Shown: piece after piece, positions 13,718 to 27,863 of the stretch | Layout: each line of letters begins with the position of its first letter | Position numbering within the stretch: the first letter of the stretch is position 1 | Assembly (NCBI RefSeq): GCF_009914755.1 | Contig: NC_060945.1 | Reading direction: 5' to 3' (one strand) | From: the human T2T-CHM13v2.0 reference genome, Homo sapiens | DNA: 64,000 bases | Translations under genes and position numbers: made by a program | Notes under the pieces: model-generated | The model's input: only the letters and a program-made list of their open reading frames with translations | The model's database searches: none | Told to the model about the DNA's origin: nothing

Positions 13718-14730
13718 TACAATGCTATGTTTTGATCTATGTATACACTGTAAAATGGTTAACACAATCAAGTGAATGGATGTATCTATCACTCTACATG
13801 TATCTTTGTGTGTGTGTATTGTGGGAACATTTAAGATCTAATTTGTTAGCAAATTTCAAATATACAATTCAGTGTTATTAACTATGGTCACCATTGCTAT
13901 ACATTAGATCTCCAGAACTTATTCATCCTGCCTAACTGAAACTTTGTGCTCTTTGACTCACATCTCAGCAATACTCCCACTCCCAGCCCCTGGCAACCAC
14001 CACTCTATTCTCTGCTTTTGTAAATTCAACTTTTTTAGATTCCACATATAAGTGAGATCATAACATATTTGTCTTTCTGTGACTGTCTTATTTCACTTAG
14101 CCTAATGTTCTTCAAGTTCATCCACCTTGTGACAAATAGTAGTATTTATTTCTTTTTAACACTAATAATATTCCAGTGTGTGTGTGTATGTGTATGTGTC
14201 TCACATTTTCTTTATCCATTTATTCCTTGATGGGCACTTAGATTGATTTCATACCTTGGCTATTATGAATAACGCTACAATAAACATGTGAGTGCAGGTA
14301 ACTCTTTGAGGTCCTGACTTCAGTTCTTTTAATATATATCCACAAGTGGTATTGCTGGAATTTACATTCATCCTATTCTTATTATATGAAGGACCTCCAT
14401 ATTGTTTTCCATAATGACTATACTAATTTACATCCTCACCAACAGTATGCAAAGATTCCCTTTAGTCCATATTCTTTCCAATACTTGTTACCTTTTGTCT
14501 TTTTGAGAGTAGCCGTTTTAACAGGTGTGAGATTATATCTCGTTGTGGTTTTGATTTGCATTCCTTTGATGCTTAGTGATAGTGAACATTCTTTAGTATT
14601 CCTGTTGTCCATTTGTATGTTTTCTTTTGAGAAATGTCTATGTACACCTTTTTCTAATTTTTAATCAGGGTATTTTTTTTTTGCTATTGAGTTTCTTATA
14701 TATTTTGGAAACTAAACTATCAGATGTTCA
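13718..14730 (-). mobile_element. L1MA8/9-like 3'UTR + ORF2 end
   Basis: TACATTAGATCTCCAGAACTTATTCATC...TAACTGAAACTTTG...CCCAGCCCCTGGCAACCACC typical antisense L1MA 3'UTR. Confidence 0.88.
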
Positions 14731-16359
14731 AATCAAGTTACATTCCTCTGTTTATGAAGCTATTGATTTTTACAGACAGCCTGTTCTAGTTAAAGTACCA
14801 TGCTATAGATCTGGGTAGAAAATAGCAGTTCACCCAGGTAATAACATGTCAGACTGCTCCTGCTCTTACTCAATGTTGAGTCATTTTAAATAAGTAATAC
14901 TTCCCAATTTGTTGAATACCTTTGGTTGATTTTAATAGCCCTGAAAAGATTCCTAAAATGATAACATTTTACAATAAGTTTTTATTGGACCTAGATTATA
15001 AATAGTGATGAATATTTATCTTGGAATTTTTAAGGAATATGTGCAATATTCCCTAATAAATAAATGAAATTTATTACCCATGTAAAACAAAGTATGTTAA
15101 TACCATAACCACAAAAGTTATACATGGATAGTTCTATTGTCAATAGTGCCAACATTTACAATGCAGTCTTAACGTAGTAAGATTTGCTGTTTATTCTAGC
15201 AATGGTGATTGTATTCTCTCACTAAAGTATTTAAGCAAAGGGGGCATTAATCCCTGGTGTCTACCCTTGATGTGTCACTTCTCAGAGGAAAAACGTTTTA
15301 CCTGTAGTACAGAGATATGGATGGCTAACTTGAAGAGTTAAGAAACAAAAGTGGAAATCTTTCCTCTAACCAAGCCCAAGGTTATTTGACAGTGGCACAT
15401 GTTAGAGAAAGAAAGGAACTCACTAAAAAAATGCCAATCTATTTTCAAAAACATAAAGTGTGAGTTATTTTAGTGAAGCTTATTGTGCAAAAATGCTTAG
15501 TAACATGAATACTTAGTAGTACATTCTTTCAAATGTATTGTGCTATTAAATGTAACAGATTAGAATCATAATTTCTACATAACATTAAAAAGCAGCTGTT
15601 GTATTTATTTTCCGACACCAAATTCTTCTCATAAATATACAACATTTATTTAAAATCTGGTATACTTACTCAGAAACTGTTCATTGCACCATTAATTTTC
15701 AAACTATAACCTGAAGGTTATCAGATTTTTCATCATTACTATTGTGAATGTTATGTTTAGAAAAGTCGCATGTCAAAAATATTTTATAAATGTAGATGGT
15801 GCCCAAAGATTTTAAGAAATATATTGTGACCAAAACTTTAGCATCTCTGTCATTACCTACCATCAATTTCAAGTAACAATTGAACTAATATATAAAATTA
15901 AAAGAAACATGTTACTGAGATATGACTACAACAAAAGATTTCATTTTAGAAGGGAAGACAAGTGTAAGTAACTGCTGGACAGCAGACTGTGTTCTCTCCT
16001 ACAGAAATTATCTTTAACAGGTGGGAATTGCTCAGTGATCAAGCACAGCTCATCAAAATGTTAATAACATGACAAGAGGTAAATGTATTCATGAGAATAT
16101 TAAAAATGTGAAACAATAGCATTTTTACATGCAGCTCAATGTTTACATCCAAATAAGCCTAATCATATGTTAAATATTGTAAAATATATTTAAGTAATAG
16201 ATATATGAACATTAAAAAGTGAGATAATGTCAGAAATTGGCAAATAACCTGATCATATAGAGATAATAAACCAGGGTAAGTCTGAGAGATATTTAGAAAG
16301 CAGTCCATAGTCCAATCTGATTTCTACTTTTTGGAGGCTCAGTTTGTCAACTTTCTGGG

Positions 16360-16950
16360 TATTGACAGAAAAGGGGGAGAGTAGAATTCAGGAGGGCAGA
16401 CAGAAGACCACTGGACTAGACAACAGGCAATCTTGCTTAAATTTAGGATTGCAGGTGGAGAAAAATGGTTGGATCGAAAATATGACTTTGAATATAGAAC
16501 TTTCTGATAGGTTAAATACTGGGATTTATACCACAGTATTAGAAAAAGAAAGGTGTCATGATAGAATCATAGGTTTTTGGTTTTAGCCACAGGGTCAACT
16601 GATGGTATCAGTTGCTGAAACAGAAAATACCAAAGAACAAGACAGATTGGGGAGAAAAGATTCTAAGCCAACTGTTAGTGGCATGTTAACTTTGAGATGC
16701 TTCTTGACATCTAAACTGAAATTTTGAAGGTTTTTAAAGATAGTTAGGCTGAATTTACAGAAGAGGTATGTGCACCATCAGCTTTATATTTAAAGACATG
16801 GAGATATGGGGTCATATTGAGAGTGAATGTGTTTAGAGAAAAGCAAAGGACTGAGTCTTCTGTCACATATTTAACCACTCACCAATTGGTTAAAAAATGA
16901 GAAGTCACCAAAGGAGAGTGGGGAAGACATTAAAAGGATACATCATTGAC
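16360..16950 (-). mobile_element. L2 LINE fragment
   Basis: Purine-rich antisense L2 pattern: GATGGTATCAGTTGCTGAAA...CATGTTAACTTTGAGATGC...GACATCTAAACTG...TTTAAAGACATGGGA. Confidence 0.65.
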
Positions 16951-17080
16951 CTTACCTCAAGGAACGTACATTTATAAAGACAGATATGTGCTTTCATTAC
17001 TATAATGGGGGAAGCTTTGATAAGTGTATCAGTTGCTGTATGTATAAATAAAGTCCTACTACATTTCAGATAAGAAACAT

Positions 17081-17404
17081 GGCCAGGCAAGATGGCTTAT
17101 GTCTTTAATCTCAGCTGTTTGGGAAGCCAAGTGGAAAGATTGCTTGAGGCCAGGAGTTCAAGACCAACCTGGATAATGTAAGAAGACCTCGTCTCTATAA
17201 AAAATTAAAAATTGGCTGAGCATGGTGGCACATGCCTGTAGTTCTAACCACTCTTGAGGCTGATGTGAGAGGATTATTGGAGCCCAGGAGTTTGAGACTG
17301 CAGTGAGCTAGGATTACACTATTACACTCCAGCCTGGTCAACAAAGGAAGACCTTGTCTTTGAAACAACAACCAAAAGAAAACAAAAAGAAAAAAGAAAA
17401 GAAA
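17081..17404 (+). mobile_element. AluJ
   Basis: Diverged dimer with J diagnostics (GATTGCTTGAGGCCAGGAGTTC, GAGCCCAGGAGTTTGAGACTGCAGTGAGCTA) and A-rich tail. Confidence 0.92.
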
Positions 17405-18343
17405 GATAACTTTTAGGCAGGGATAATTTAGAGTTTTCTTGAAATTTCTGCTCTGCTTCTTCTCTTCTTTCAAATAATCTGTTCTTTCAAGAGTTTCAAA
17501 TGAATGAACAATGTGTCAATGAATGCACCACTGTCCCTCATAATCTCCTTTCTCCATTCAATGCTGGATGGTGCAGTGTAGTTACTTCTTACACATGGTC
17601 AAATCAGTCATTGACTAGACAGTGTCCTGTGGTTTTGCATGGAAATAAATTGAGATTTATCCCAGTTAACTGAATCAATAAGTAAAACAGAATGATGAAG
17701 AAAAGTAGAGTACAGTCGATTTATGTTAATTTCAGATGCTGGTGTTATATTGTATGGTCTCTTCCTGTTGTTTTCAGTAATACCCTGATTCCTACCCTTT
17801 CTCTGTCTGGCTTTTCATTTATTTCTGTAATTCTGTGACATCTGTCTGCCTCTCTATGTCTTCTTTTTTTCTTTGGAGAATTTGATGTTCTATGCCCCTT
17901 ATATCAAAATGAATCCAGTCATGAACAGGGATCAAAGCAAGTCTTATTAAAGAGAAAACAATTGAGCTGGGACACAAAGATTGAATAAAATTTTAGCTTG
18001 CAAATATCATGCTGTGTAAATGAGTTCATCCTATCTCATGATGACAATTTGAATTTACACAGTTTTTTAAACTCTGGCAGAAGATTAGATAATCATTTAA
18101 GTCAGATGGTCATATTCTAGTTTAGAATAAACCCTCTCTTTTCAGTCGGGTAAGTTAGACTTAAAATGTCAGAATGTATTTTGTTCCTAATCAAGTGTTT
18201 CAATCATTACCCCTCATCACGTCTACCACTATGTAAATCAACTCATCTCTTTACTTGCATAAGTTCTTTATATGCAAATTATTATTTCATTCATTAAAAA
18301 GTTACTTTCACTTATTCTCTGTGTACAATAGTTTGCACTGTAA

Positions 18344-18881
<538 letters not shown>

Positions 18882-19300
18882 ATCTCTCACCCTTTTTAAT
18901 TATCGTAGCCATCTACTATTGTCTTGTATGACCCTGTCAAGATGTATACATAGAGATGTATAAGCTTTTTCTTTACATGATCCTGGAAATCATCTTCGGT
19001 GATGTTAACATCTATATCGAGGATTCTTCTGAGTCTTTGATTATAAGATTCTTCAAACTTTTTAAGAGGACAGAATTTTATCTCCCTTCTAGATCATCAT
19101 TATCTTAACTATTACATGGCAAATTGTGTCTCTTTCCTCTTTTTTCTACAATATTAATGCTATCTGTCATCTCCCTTATTCCAACTCCCTCCTATACACT
19201 AAACTTGCTTTTGTTTCAAAATGATTCACTAATCAATCATATTCTCTGACTTTGCCAGTTATTTTAGGCAACTTATTCATTGTGTTTTTTCCTAAGTTGC
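18882..19300 (+). mobile_element. Decayed L2 ORF2 (endonuclease region) fragment
   Basis: ATCATCTTCGGTGATGTTAACATCTAT resembles the L2 endonuclease ILGDFNI motif; pyrimidine-rich context. Confidence 0.4.
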
Positions 19301-19751
19301 ATAGACATTAAAATATAAATGCTAAGTAAAAGAGTATGAAAAAAAACTCTATGGAGAAAAATTGTCCTAATACAACCAAACCTATGCTTTTTCAATGCAG
19401 ACAGCCCAGTCCCAAAAAAGCACCTGAAGCTTGTTTTAGTTTTCATTCTTCTTATGGTAAGAATACCTCAAAGACAATGAAAAAGATCCTCAAAGCAATG
19501 AATCCAAGGAAAGAATTTCATAAAGTTGCAAGATATTGTATCCTCTGTATGTAACACATCAAAAGTACAAGGTTTTTCTAGGGATAAACTGGAGCTGTCT
19601 TCAGAGGCCTCTTTATCAGGGATGCCTGAATATCTCACATGTACAAAGTAGAATACCAAAGGGACACTTGGTTTTGTGCCTGTAGCAGGTATTTTTTATC
19701 TAGCTATACTTTATTCCAAACTCCATATATTCACTCATCTCTCTATCTAGA

Positions 19752-19938
19752 CTTCTGTTGACCAATGGAACTTCTTGTGAGGAAAGATACATTTTACATC
19801 TTCGTTGTGCTATGTTATCCACCAGGCCAATATGGCTATTAAAAGAGGCTAGTGGACTGAACAATTGGATTTTTAGATTCATTTAATTTAAACTCAAATA
19901 GCCACATGTAGCTAGCAGTTGCAGTACACAGAAAAGCT
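19752..19938. mobile_element. MER3-like hAT-Charlie element
   Basis: CCAATGGAACTT...TGGCTATT...GGCTAGTG...AAATAGCCACATGTAGCTAG; flanked by CTAGA on both sides. Confidence 0.7.
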
Positions 19939-20160
19939 CTAGAGGTATTCACTTGAAATTTTTTGACATAAACTGAGAACTTTAAAAACACGGTCAGTGC
20001 TACCAAATGTTATTTTCTCTGCCAAGCATCTTACAACTTCACCTATATATGTGGCCTTTTGTATTTTCTAACAAGTTCAGAACTTGTCTATCAGAAATAA
20101 GCCAAAATAATCGACAATAAAAAAAATCAACTTTACCTTGACTCAGCTTTTAGTAGTAAT

Positions 20161-20850
20161 CTTTCTTTTTTTTAACTTTTAAGTTCCAGTGTACAAGTGC
20201 AGGTTTGTTACACAGGTAAACTTGAGTCATGGGGATTTGTTGCACAGATTACTTCATCACTCGTGTAATAATCCTAGTATTCATTAGTTATTTTTCCTAA
20301 TCCTCTCCCTCTTCCCACCCTTCACCTTCTTAAAGTCTCCAGCACATGTTGCTCTCCTTTGTGTGTTCATGTGTTCTCATCATTTAGCCCCGACTTATAA
20401 GCAGGAAAATGTGGTATTTGGTTTTCTGTTCCTGTGTTAGTTTGCTAAGGGTAATGACTTCCAGCTCCATCCATGTCTCTGCAAAAGACATAATATTGGC
20501 CGGGCATGGTGGCTCACGCCTGTAATCCCAGCACTTTGGGAGGCCGAGGTGGGCAGATCACCTGAGGTCGGGAATTAGACACCAGCCTGGCCAATGTGGA
20601 GAAACCCCATCTCTACTGAAAATACAAAAATTAGCCGGGTGTGGTAGCACATGCCTGTGGTCCCAGCTGCTCAGGAGGCTTGAGGCAGGAGACTCACTTG
20701 AACCCGGGAGGCAGAGGTTGCAGTGAGCCAATATCACGCTGCTGTACTCCAGCCTGGGCGACACAGCGAGACTCCATATCAAAAAAAAAAAAAAACAAAG
20801 ACATAATATCATTCTTTTTATGGCTGCATAGTATTGCATGGTGTATATAT
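20161..20850 (-). mobile_element. L1PA15/16-like 3'UTR interrupted by an Alu
   Basis: GTGCAGGTTTGTTACACAGGTAAACTTG...CATGTGTTCTCATCATTTAGC...CCAGCTCCATCCATGTC; resumes after the Alu at ~20797. Confidence 0.9.
20498..20795 (+). mobile_element. Full-length AluS inserted into L1
   Basis: Dimer with poly(A); target-site duplication AAAGACATAATAT on both sides. Confidence 0.95.
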
Positions 20851-21390
20851 TCTTATTTTCTGGTGCAACCTTTAAAAAAATTGACTTCTGACCAAATCTT
20901 TATCACACTGCAATATGGATTTTACACTAGTGTATTTCTTATGTCTAAAATATCTTAGAATGTATTTGTATAATATATTGGCAATCTAGATGAATGAGAT
21001 ATTGTTTATGCCTCTGAAAAGGAAAGTGGTGATCTAAAGAGACAAGACAAATTTCCTTGGGACTCCATATGTTTGATTTTGAGTACCTGATATTATTACT
21101 ACTCTGTGAAATCTAAGTCTGTCTTAAATTCTGTGTCAGCTTCTGAGCATTGAACTTTTATTCTTTTTTTTACATATCTTAAAGTTACTTTGAAAGATGT
21201 TAGATATAAAATACTTACAGTTATGACTTCATTTTGTATTATTAATACTGATTATACATAATAAAAAGGGTGGTATAGAACTTAATATTTTACTTCAAAT
21301 TCATAATATCATGAAATCTTGAATACATGTGAGATAAATGATTTGTTATTTAGTTCTTAATGTATGTTTATGTGATTACAATAGGCATCC

Positions 21391-21805
21391 CAACCCATCA
21401 ATGATAGGCTTAGTAAAGAAAATGTGATATATATACACCATGGAATACTATGCAGCCATAAAAAGGAATGAGATCATGTTCTTTGCAGGGATATGGATGA
21501 AGCTGGAAGACATCATCCTCAGCAAGCTAACACAGAAACAGAAAACCAAACACCACGTGTTCTCACTCATAAGTGGGAGTTGAACATTGAGAACACATGG
21601 ACATAGAGGGGAACAACACACCAGGGCCTGTGGGGGTTGGGTGGTGAGGGGAGGGGAACTTATGGGATGGGTCAATAGATGCAGCAAACCACCATGGCGT
21701 GCATATACCTGTGTAACAAACCTGCACGTTCTGCGCATGTATCCTGGTTTTTAATTTTAGAAGAAATCAAGAAAAAAAATAAAAACTAAAATTAAAAAAA
21801 GAAAA
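21391..21805 (+). mobile_element. 5'-truncated L1PA (L1PA8A-like) 3' end
   Basis: CACCATGGAATACTATGCAGCCATAAAAAGGAATGAG...GCAGCAAACCACCATGG...AACCTGCACGTTCTG then A-rich tail. Confidence 0.92.
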
Positions 21806-21892
21806 ATCCCAAAATTTAAAATGAACCTTGAATAGATAAAGCAAAGCATTCCAAGCCAAGAAAACTGCATAAGGACATGAGGATAGGAGAAG

Positions 21893-21943
21893 TGTGTATA
21901 CATATATATATACACTCACACACACACAAACACACACATATAT
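21893..21943. repeat. (TA)n/(CA)n microsatellite
   Basis: Seen directly. Confidence 0.85.
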
Positions 21944-22074
21944 AGTGGAAGTTTATGCATATGAGCAGAATGAAAATTTAGACTTGAAAGATACCTTTGC
22001 AAATTTAAGACCCAATTAGTACTTTTTAAATTTCCTAAGCTTAATATGAAAATTAATAATTATGTTTTTCTATA

Positions 22075-22230
22075 TGGGATAAGAGGCAGATTTTAAATGA
22101 GAAGGACTGGGTCTGAGTCTTGGGTATGTTTTGATTAGTTGTATCATTTCCATTTCCTCATTAGCAAAATATAAACTATAATAATGTCTGGCAAACCCAT
22201 GTTGCATTATTGCTGCCAGGATCATATTGC
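22075..22230 (+). mobile_element. MIR fragment
   Basis: Degenerate core CATTTCCTCATTAGCAAAAT...ATAATAAT. Confidence 0.4.
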
Positions 22231-22938
22231 TGTGGGGTTGAGGTACAACGTACATCTCCTCCTCTTTGGTGATTTCACTGATAATGTGGATTTAAACATC
22301 TTTAACAAACTGGGAAAGGTAGTAAAGCTTTATATAGATGGTACTTCTCCCCGTACCTCCTAAAATGTTTTCTTGATACTTTTTGGAGAGAGAAATTGGG
22401 CCTGATGCTGAAGGAGAACTCTTCTGTCCACTGCAAGTCCACTTACATGAGCAGCTAAATAAATGAATGGGATTCTGAAGGACTGTATGTGGAGAGCAAG
22501 GTTAACCATTTGTGCTTGCTGCATGAGGTGAGAAAATGCGAAAAGAGAATGAGGAAATTTCAGCTGGGTCCCTCCCTTTAATTTAGGGTTTCTTCCCACT
22601 CTCCAGTGAATAAGCAACGATGAGTGTTAGGCTGTTTATTCAGATACCCTCACGCCACTGCAGAAGCGAGTAGAGGAAGAATACAAGGAAAAAAGTGTCT
22701 CCCAGCCTGTGGAAAGAGGATGGCTATTTCATCCACTAAAGGTATTAAGCAGAAATGTGAGTGAAAGATTCTGTCATTCCCAAAAATGACTAAAATAATA
22801 TAAAATTCTAGAAATTTAAAATTACTGAGATCTTAATTTATTATCTCATAATACATAAGCAAAAATAATATAATCATAGAACTTATAGCAAGAAGAAATA
22901 TATATCATATCATAGAAAGAAGAAATTGTACTTACCTC

Positions 22939-23253
<315 letters not shown>

Positions 23254-23910
23254 TAAAAGAAGGGCTAGAAAATATCTTGAAAAATAGGCAAAGTTATATT
23301 GCAGGGACATACATGTGAAAATCCGAATGGAAAGCACTGTCTTGTCAGCATACCAGTTCAAGTATTCACTTTTCCCCAACATATATGGATGACATTTGCT
23401 AAGTCAACCAGTGCTCTGAGTTTTAATTTTTTGTTAGTAAAATGAGAGTATTTTACATTACTATATCTGAGTATCAATCTCTCTCTCTTTGCTTCCATTG
23501 GAAATCCCTAAGTTTGCAGCTGTTTCAACAGCTGAAAATGTCTCCAAGTACCCTGAATAATGACAAATATTTGATTAAGCGGTAGAGATCACACTGCATA
23601 TTTATCTTTCTTCTATTTCCGCAATAAGAACATGTTTGTTAATGACTATGGGCAGTCTTGAAGAGAAAAGAAGTTAATAGAAGGAAAACTGCAGAAACAT
23701 GCCAGAGAGAAAAAATGTAGACAAAATTGATACCACTGGTGACAGTGGGAAAGGGAGTATGGCCTAAAACTTTCTTTATATCACCAGTTGACAGCACTGC
23801 TTTATGCAACCCACTAAGACTTTAGAAATGACTAAATTAATATCTAGTTAGAGTTAATTTTGATAAATTCTAGGTATTACCTATTTTATGTAGCATAAGA
23901 AGAGTTTATA

Positions 23911-24643
23911 TAGCAGGTTCTCAAATATCTCCAAGTAATTGGGTTTTCTCCCACATCCCAAAGGTGTACACTTTAAGTGAATTGGTATGTCTACATCATC
24001 CCAGGAGGAGTGAATGTCTGTGTGTGTGTACCTGAGATAAGATGATGTCTTGTCCAATGCTGGTTTCCACCTTGTGCCCTGAGCTGTTGGGAGAGGCTCC
24101 TGCGACCTGTGACCCTGAAGCAGAATAAGTGGACTGAATAAAGGAATGATGCGTATAAATGATTGTAAAATAAAAATTTGTAAAGTAGATTATAATTACA
24201 CAAGTGCACTTTAATAAACAAGGTGGAATCAAAGCACACAGTGAACGCACCATGTTTGTGATTATTTTTGAATTGAGTGCTGGATGGAGATGCTCCTGAT
24301 AATTTTCATTTTCCAAACATTTATTCTTGGTTTTAACCCACCACCACTAAAACCACAGTCACTGACTGATTCACTGAACACTGGGTAAATAATTATCATA
24401 CTTGTTTGTATTAATCTTTCTTATATATATATATAGCTCACATTTATTTTACACTTTATATTAGGAGGGCTGGAGGTATTTATTTAGAAGTTTGGAGATG
24501 TTTTTGTGACAACAAACATGCTGTAGGATCTTAACTCTTGTTTATATCTATTAACCTATGGTACAATTGGTTTTCTTACACATCGTTTTGCTTAAATTTG
24601 TGGTTTCCAAAAACTATGGACGATGTTATGCGAGGACTTAATG
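23911..24643 (+). mobile_element. MER6 (TcMar-Tigger non-autonomous element) with a deletion near the left end
   Basis: Ends AGCAGGTTCTC and GAGGACTTAATG; internal CCCACATCCCAAAG, CCCTGAGCTG, TTTAACCCACCACCACTA, GGGTAAATAATTATC match recalled MER6. Confidence 0.85.
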
Positions 24644-24741
24644 CATTTCAACACTGCCTGGGTATAGATGTTGAAGTTGAGTGAGTGGGGATTATAGAAA
24701 ACTAATACAAAAACTATAAATTCAGTGTTCAACATAAATTT

Positions 24742-25433
24742 GGCTGGGTGAGGTGGCTCATGCCTGTAATCCCAGTACGTGGGAGGCCGAGGCAAGAGAA
24801 TCGCTTTGAGCTCAGGAGTTCAAAAACAGCCTGGCCAAAGTGCCAAAACTCTGTTTATTAATTCATTTTCACACTGCTATAAAGCACTGCCTGAGACTGG
24901 GTTATTTATAAAGGAAAGAGGTTTAATTGACTCACAGTTCAGCATGGGTCAGGAGGCTCAGGAAACTTACAATCATGGCAGAAGGCTAAGGGGAAACAAG
25001 GCACCTTCTTTATAAGGCAGCAGGAAGGAGACTAGCCGAGCAAAGGGAGAAGAGCCCCTTATAAAACCATCAGAGTTCATGAGAACTCACTTATTATCAC
25101 AAGGCCAGCATAAGGACAGCATACAGGAAACTGTCCCCATGATTCAGTTACCTTCACCTGGTCTCTCCCTTGACATGTGGGGATTATGGGGATTACAATT
25201 CAAGATGAGATTTGCGTGGGGACGTAAAGTCTTATCATATCACCCTGTCTCTACAAAAATTCAAAAAGTAGCCAGATGTGGTGACAAGAGCCTGTGGTCC
25301 CAACTACTAGAGAGGCTGAGGCTAGAGAATCACTTGAGCCCAGGAAGTGGAGGTTACAGTAACCTTAGGTCACACCACTGCACTCCAGCCTTGGTGACAG
25401 AGTGAGACCCTGTCTCAAAACAAACAAACAAAA
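24742..25433 (+). mobile_element. AluJ split by a THE1 LTR (pieces 24742-24853 and 25243-25433)
   Basis: Left arm stops at AAAACTCTG and resumes CCCTGTCTCTACAAAAA after the LTR. Confidence 0.9.
24854..25242 (-). mobile_element. THE1D-like MaLR solo LTR
   Basis: AAAGGAAAGAGGTTTAATTGACTCACAGTTC...GGAAACTTACAATCATGGCAGAAGG...GGTCTCTCCCTTGACATGTGGGGATTATGGGGATTACAATTCAAGATGAG; 5-bp TSD CTCTG/CCCTG. Confidence 0.9.
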
Positions 25434-27396
25434 CCCACACACACATGAAATCACCAGAAAAATTGGATGTTATGTAACTTTTAATTCACTTGCTAATTTT
25501 TTCTATAATGTATTTGTTATAAGTGATACAAAATCATCAAAAACATGTTTGCCAGATTTGACTTCCTGGTCATTTTATTGTAAATATTCAGAAACGATTT
25601 CCCTGTTTACTAAATCTCATGCAATCATTCAACTTCTTAAAATAACAAATCTTGAACACATGCAATATTGTAAACATTTGGTATGTTACTAAGGACTTAT
25701 CAAATCTTAAGGCATACAGAGAACAGATTTCATTAGTGGCAGAGAAAGAAATACAAAAAAATTAAGCAAAACTTGACAATGTAGGAAACCCAGATAATAT
25801 CCTTTATCATCACTAGTCCAAAAACATCTGAATCTGAAGATTCCATTGAAAATCTTTTATTAATTAGATGTGGAAAATCAGTTAAATGTGTAAAAAATAA
25901 AGAATTTTCAATAAGACCAGTTTATGTTGCTAAACCTATTCTTGTAGGTGAGTTTAGTTCTCCTCGGAGAAATGAGCTGAGGGCCCAAAATTGTAACTCA
26001 GTGAATTACAAAATTGTTATTGTTTCCCAAAGTATTATAGTTTCACATTTTCACGTTAAAATTTCTTCTTTTTGAAGATATTTGTTCCCTGTTACCTCTT
26101 AAATGTTCTATTTATATCACTCTCTTTTTAAAATTAATCACAGTTCAAAATCCTGCACCTGGTTAGATTTATTCAATTAACAAAATACCTTATTTTAAAG
26201 TGAGCAAATTAGCTCAGAGTCTCTTTTCCAATCTTTTCACTGATTGATTTGTTAAATCTAATTACAGAGTTGTGCCTTTATTTGGCATGACCATATAAAA
26301 GCTTATCCTGGACCCCTTAACAAACATATTCAATATATAATGACCATAAAATATCACCCATTTCCTGTGACCTTACCTTTTGCATGGCAGATCAGGAGGC
26401 AGACATAAATAATATGAGACTAGAGTCCTCATTAAGTAAAGGTACAGTTCTGTTTATTCAGTTTTCATATGGGTTTATACAAAGTCATGTGAAAATGAGA
26501 ACCGCCAAATCTTACTTTCATTGGTTTTGCATACAGCATTTCTGTTCATAAATAGAAGGAGCTCCTGATTTTAAAAATACTCCATGTAATTAGCAGGCAT
26601 TTAATCACACTCATACATAAAGTATGAGTAAGGAATTGAATAAACACCAAAGTTAGGTGTAGTGGGTTGAGATCCCACTTGTCAGCTATAACAGAGAAAG
26701 CCTATGATATTTCATAAGTTTGCATGTACTGTCTGGTGTTTTTGGGGCCAGGAATCCTTGGTCATTACAGGGGTCTGCTGCTTGAAGAATTACCTGATAG
26801 ACTGGTGAGCAAAACAGACATATAATATTATAAACCATAGCTACATTAGCAGCTTCTAAGATTTCCTTTAAAGGTAAATGGGTTTTGCATCTCCGATATA
26901 AACTCCCTAGAGAACTACCATATTTAAATTTTTATATTTTATAAAATGCTATGTCAAATTTCAATTTAACAAGATTTTTAATACACCTCACGGAATATTT
27001 TACTCTAGTGACGCCAATAAATAGCAATACGACCCTTTGAATGAAGAAGACTGTTTTTCCACTTAAGCTTTCTACTTGTATCTACTTTTTTCATTTTATA
27101 TTATTTGATCATAAAATTATTTAATAACCCTCAATAGCCTTCAAGGGAAAGTGGAAACTTCTAAATTAGTGCTTATGGTGAATAGTGATGTGACATTTCC
27201 CCAATTCTAGTTTAAATTCTACTATTCACTCTCTTTCTTTGGAATAAGTGTACCACTTACTCCAAATAAATCAATCAAGTTATGCTTACTTGAATGTAAA
27301 TGGTCATTTACATTTACCCGTAGCTTAACTTCTATCATAAGTAGCTACTCAGGACATGCCTGGCATATAAAATGTACCAAATTAAAATCAGTTTTT

Positions 27397-27691
<295 letters not shown>

Positions 27692-27813
27692 AGTTTTTGA
27701 TTCAAGACACTTTTAAATCATTTTGGAAGATGCATAGATATATGTATTATAATTATACATATATAGAAAGAGATTGATACACCTACAGAGATATGCAGAT
27801 TAAATAATGTTAA

Positions 27814-27858
27814 TGTATTATTTCCCTATTGCTTTTCTGTTGTCTGTAACAAATTACT
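27814..27858 (-). mobile_element. Stub of an MLT1 LTR end
   Basis: TGTATTATTTCCCTATTGC...TGTAACAAATTAC resembles the antisense MLT1 terminus; stops abruptly at the ERV. Confidence 0.5.
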
Positions 27859-27863
27859 GTGAG

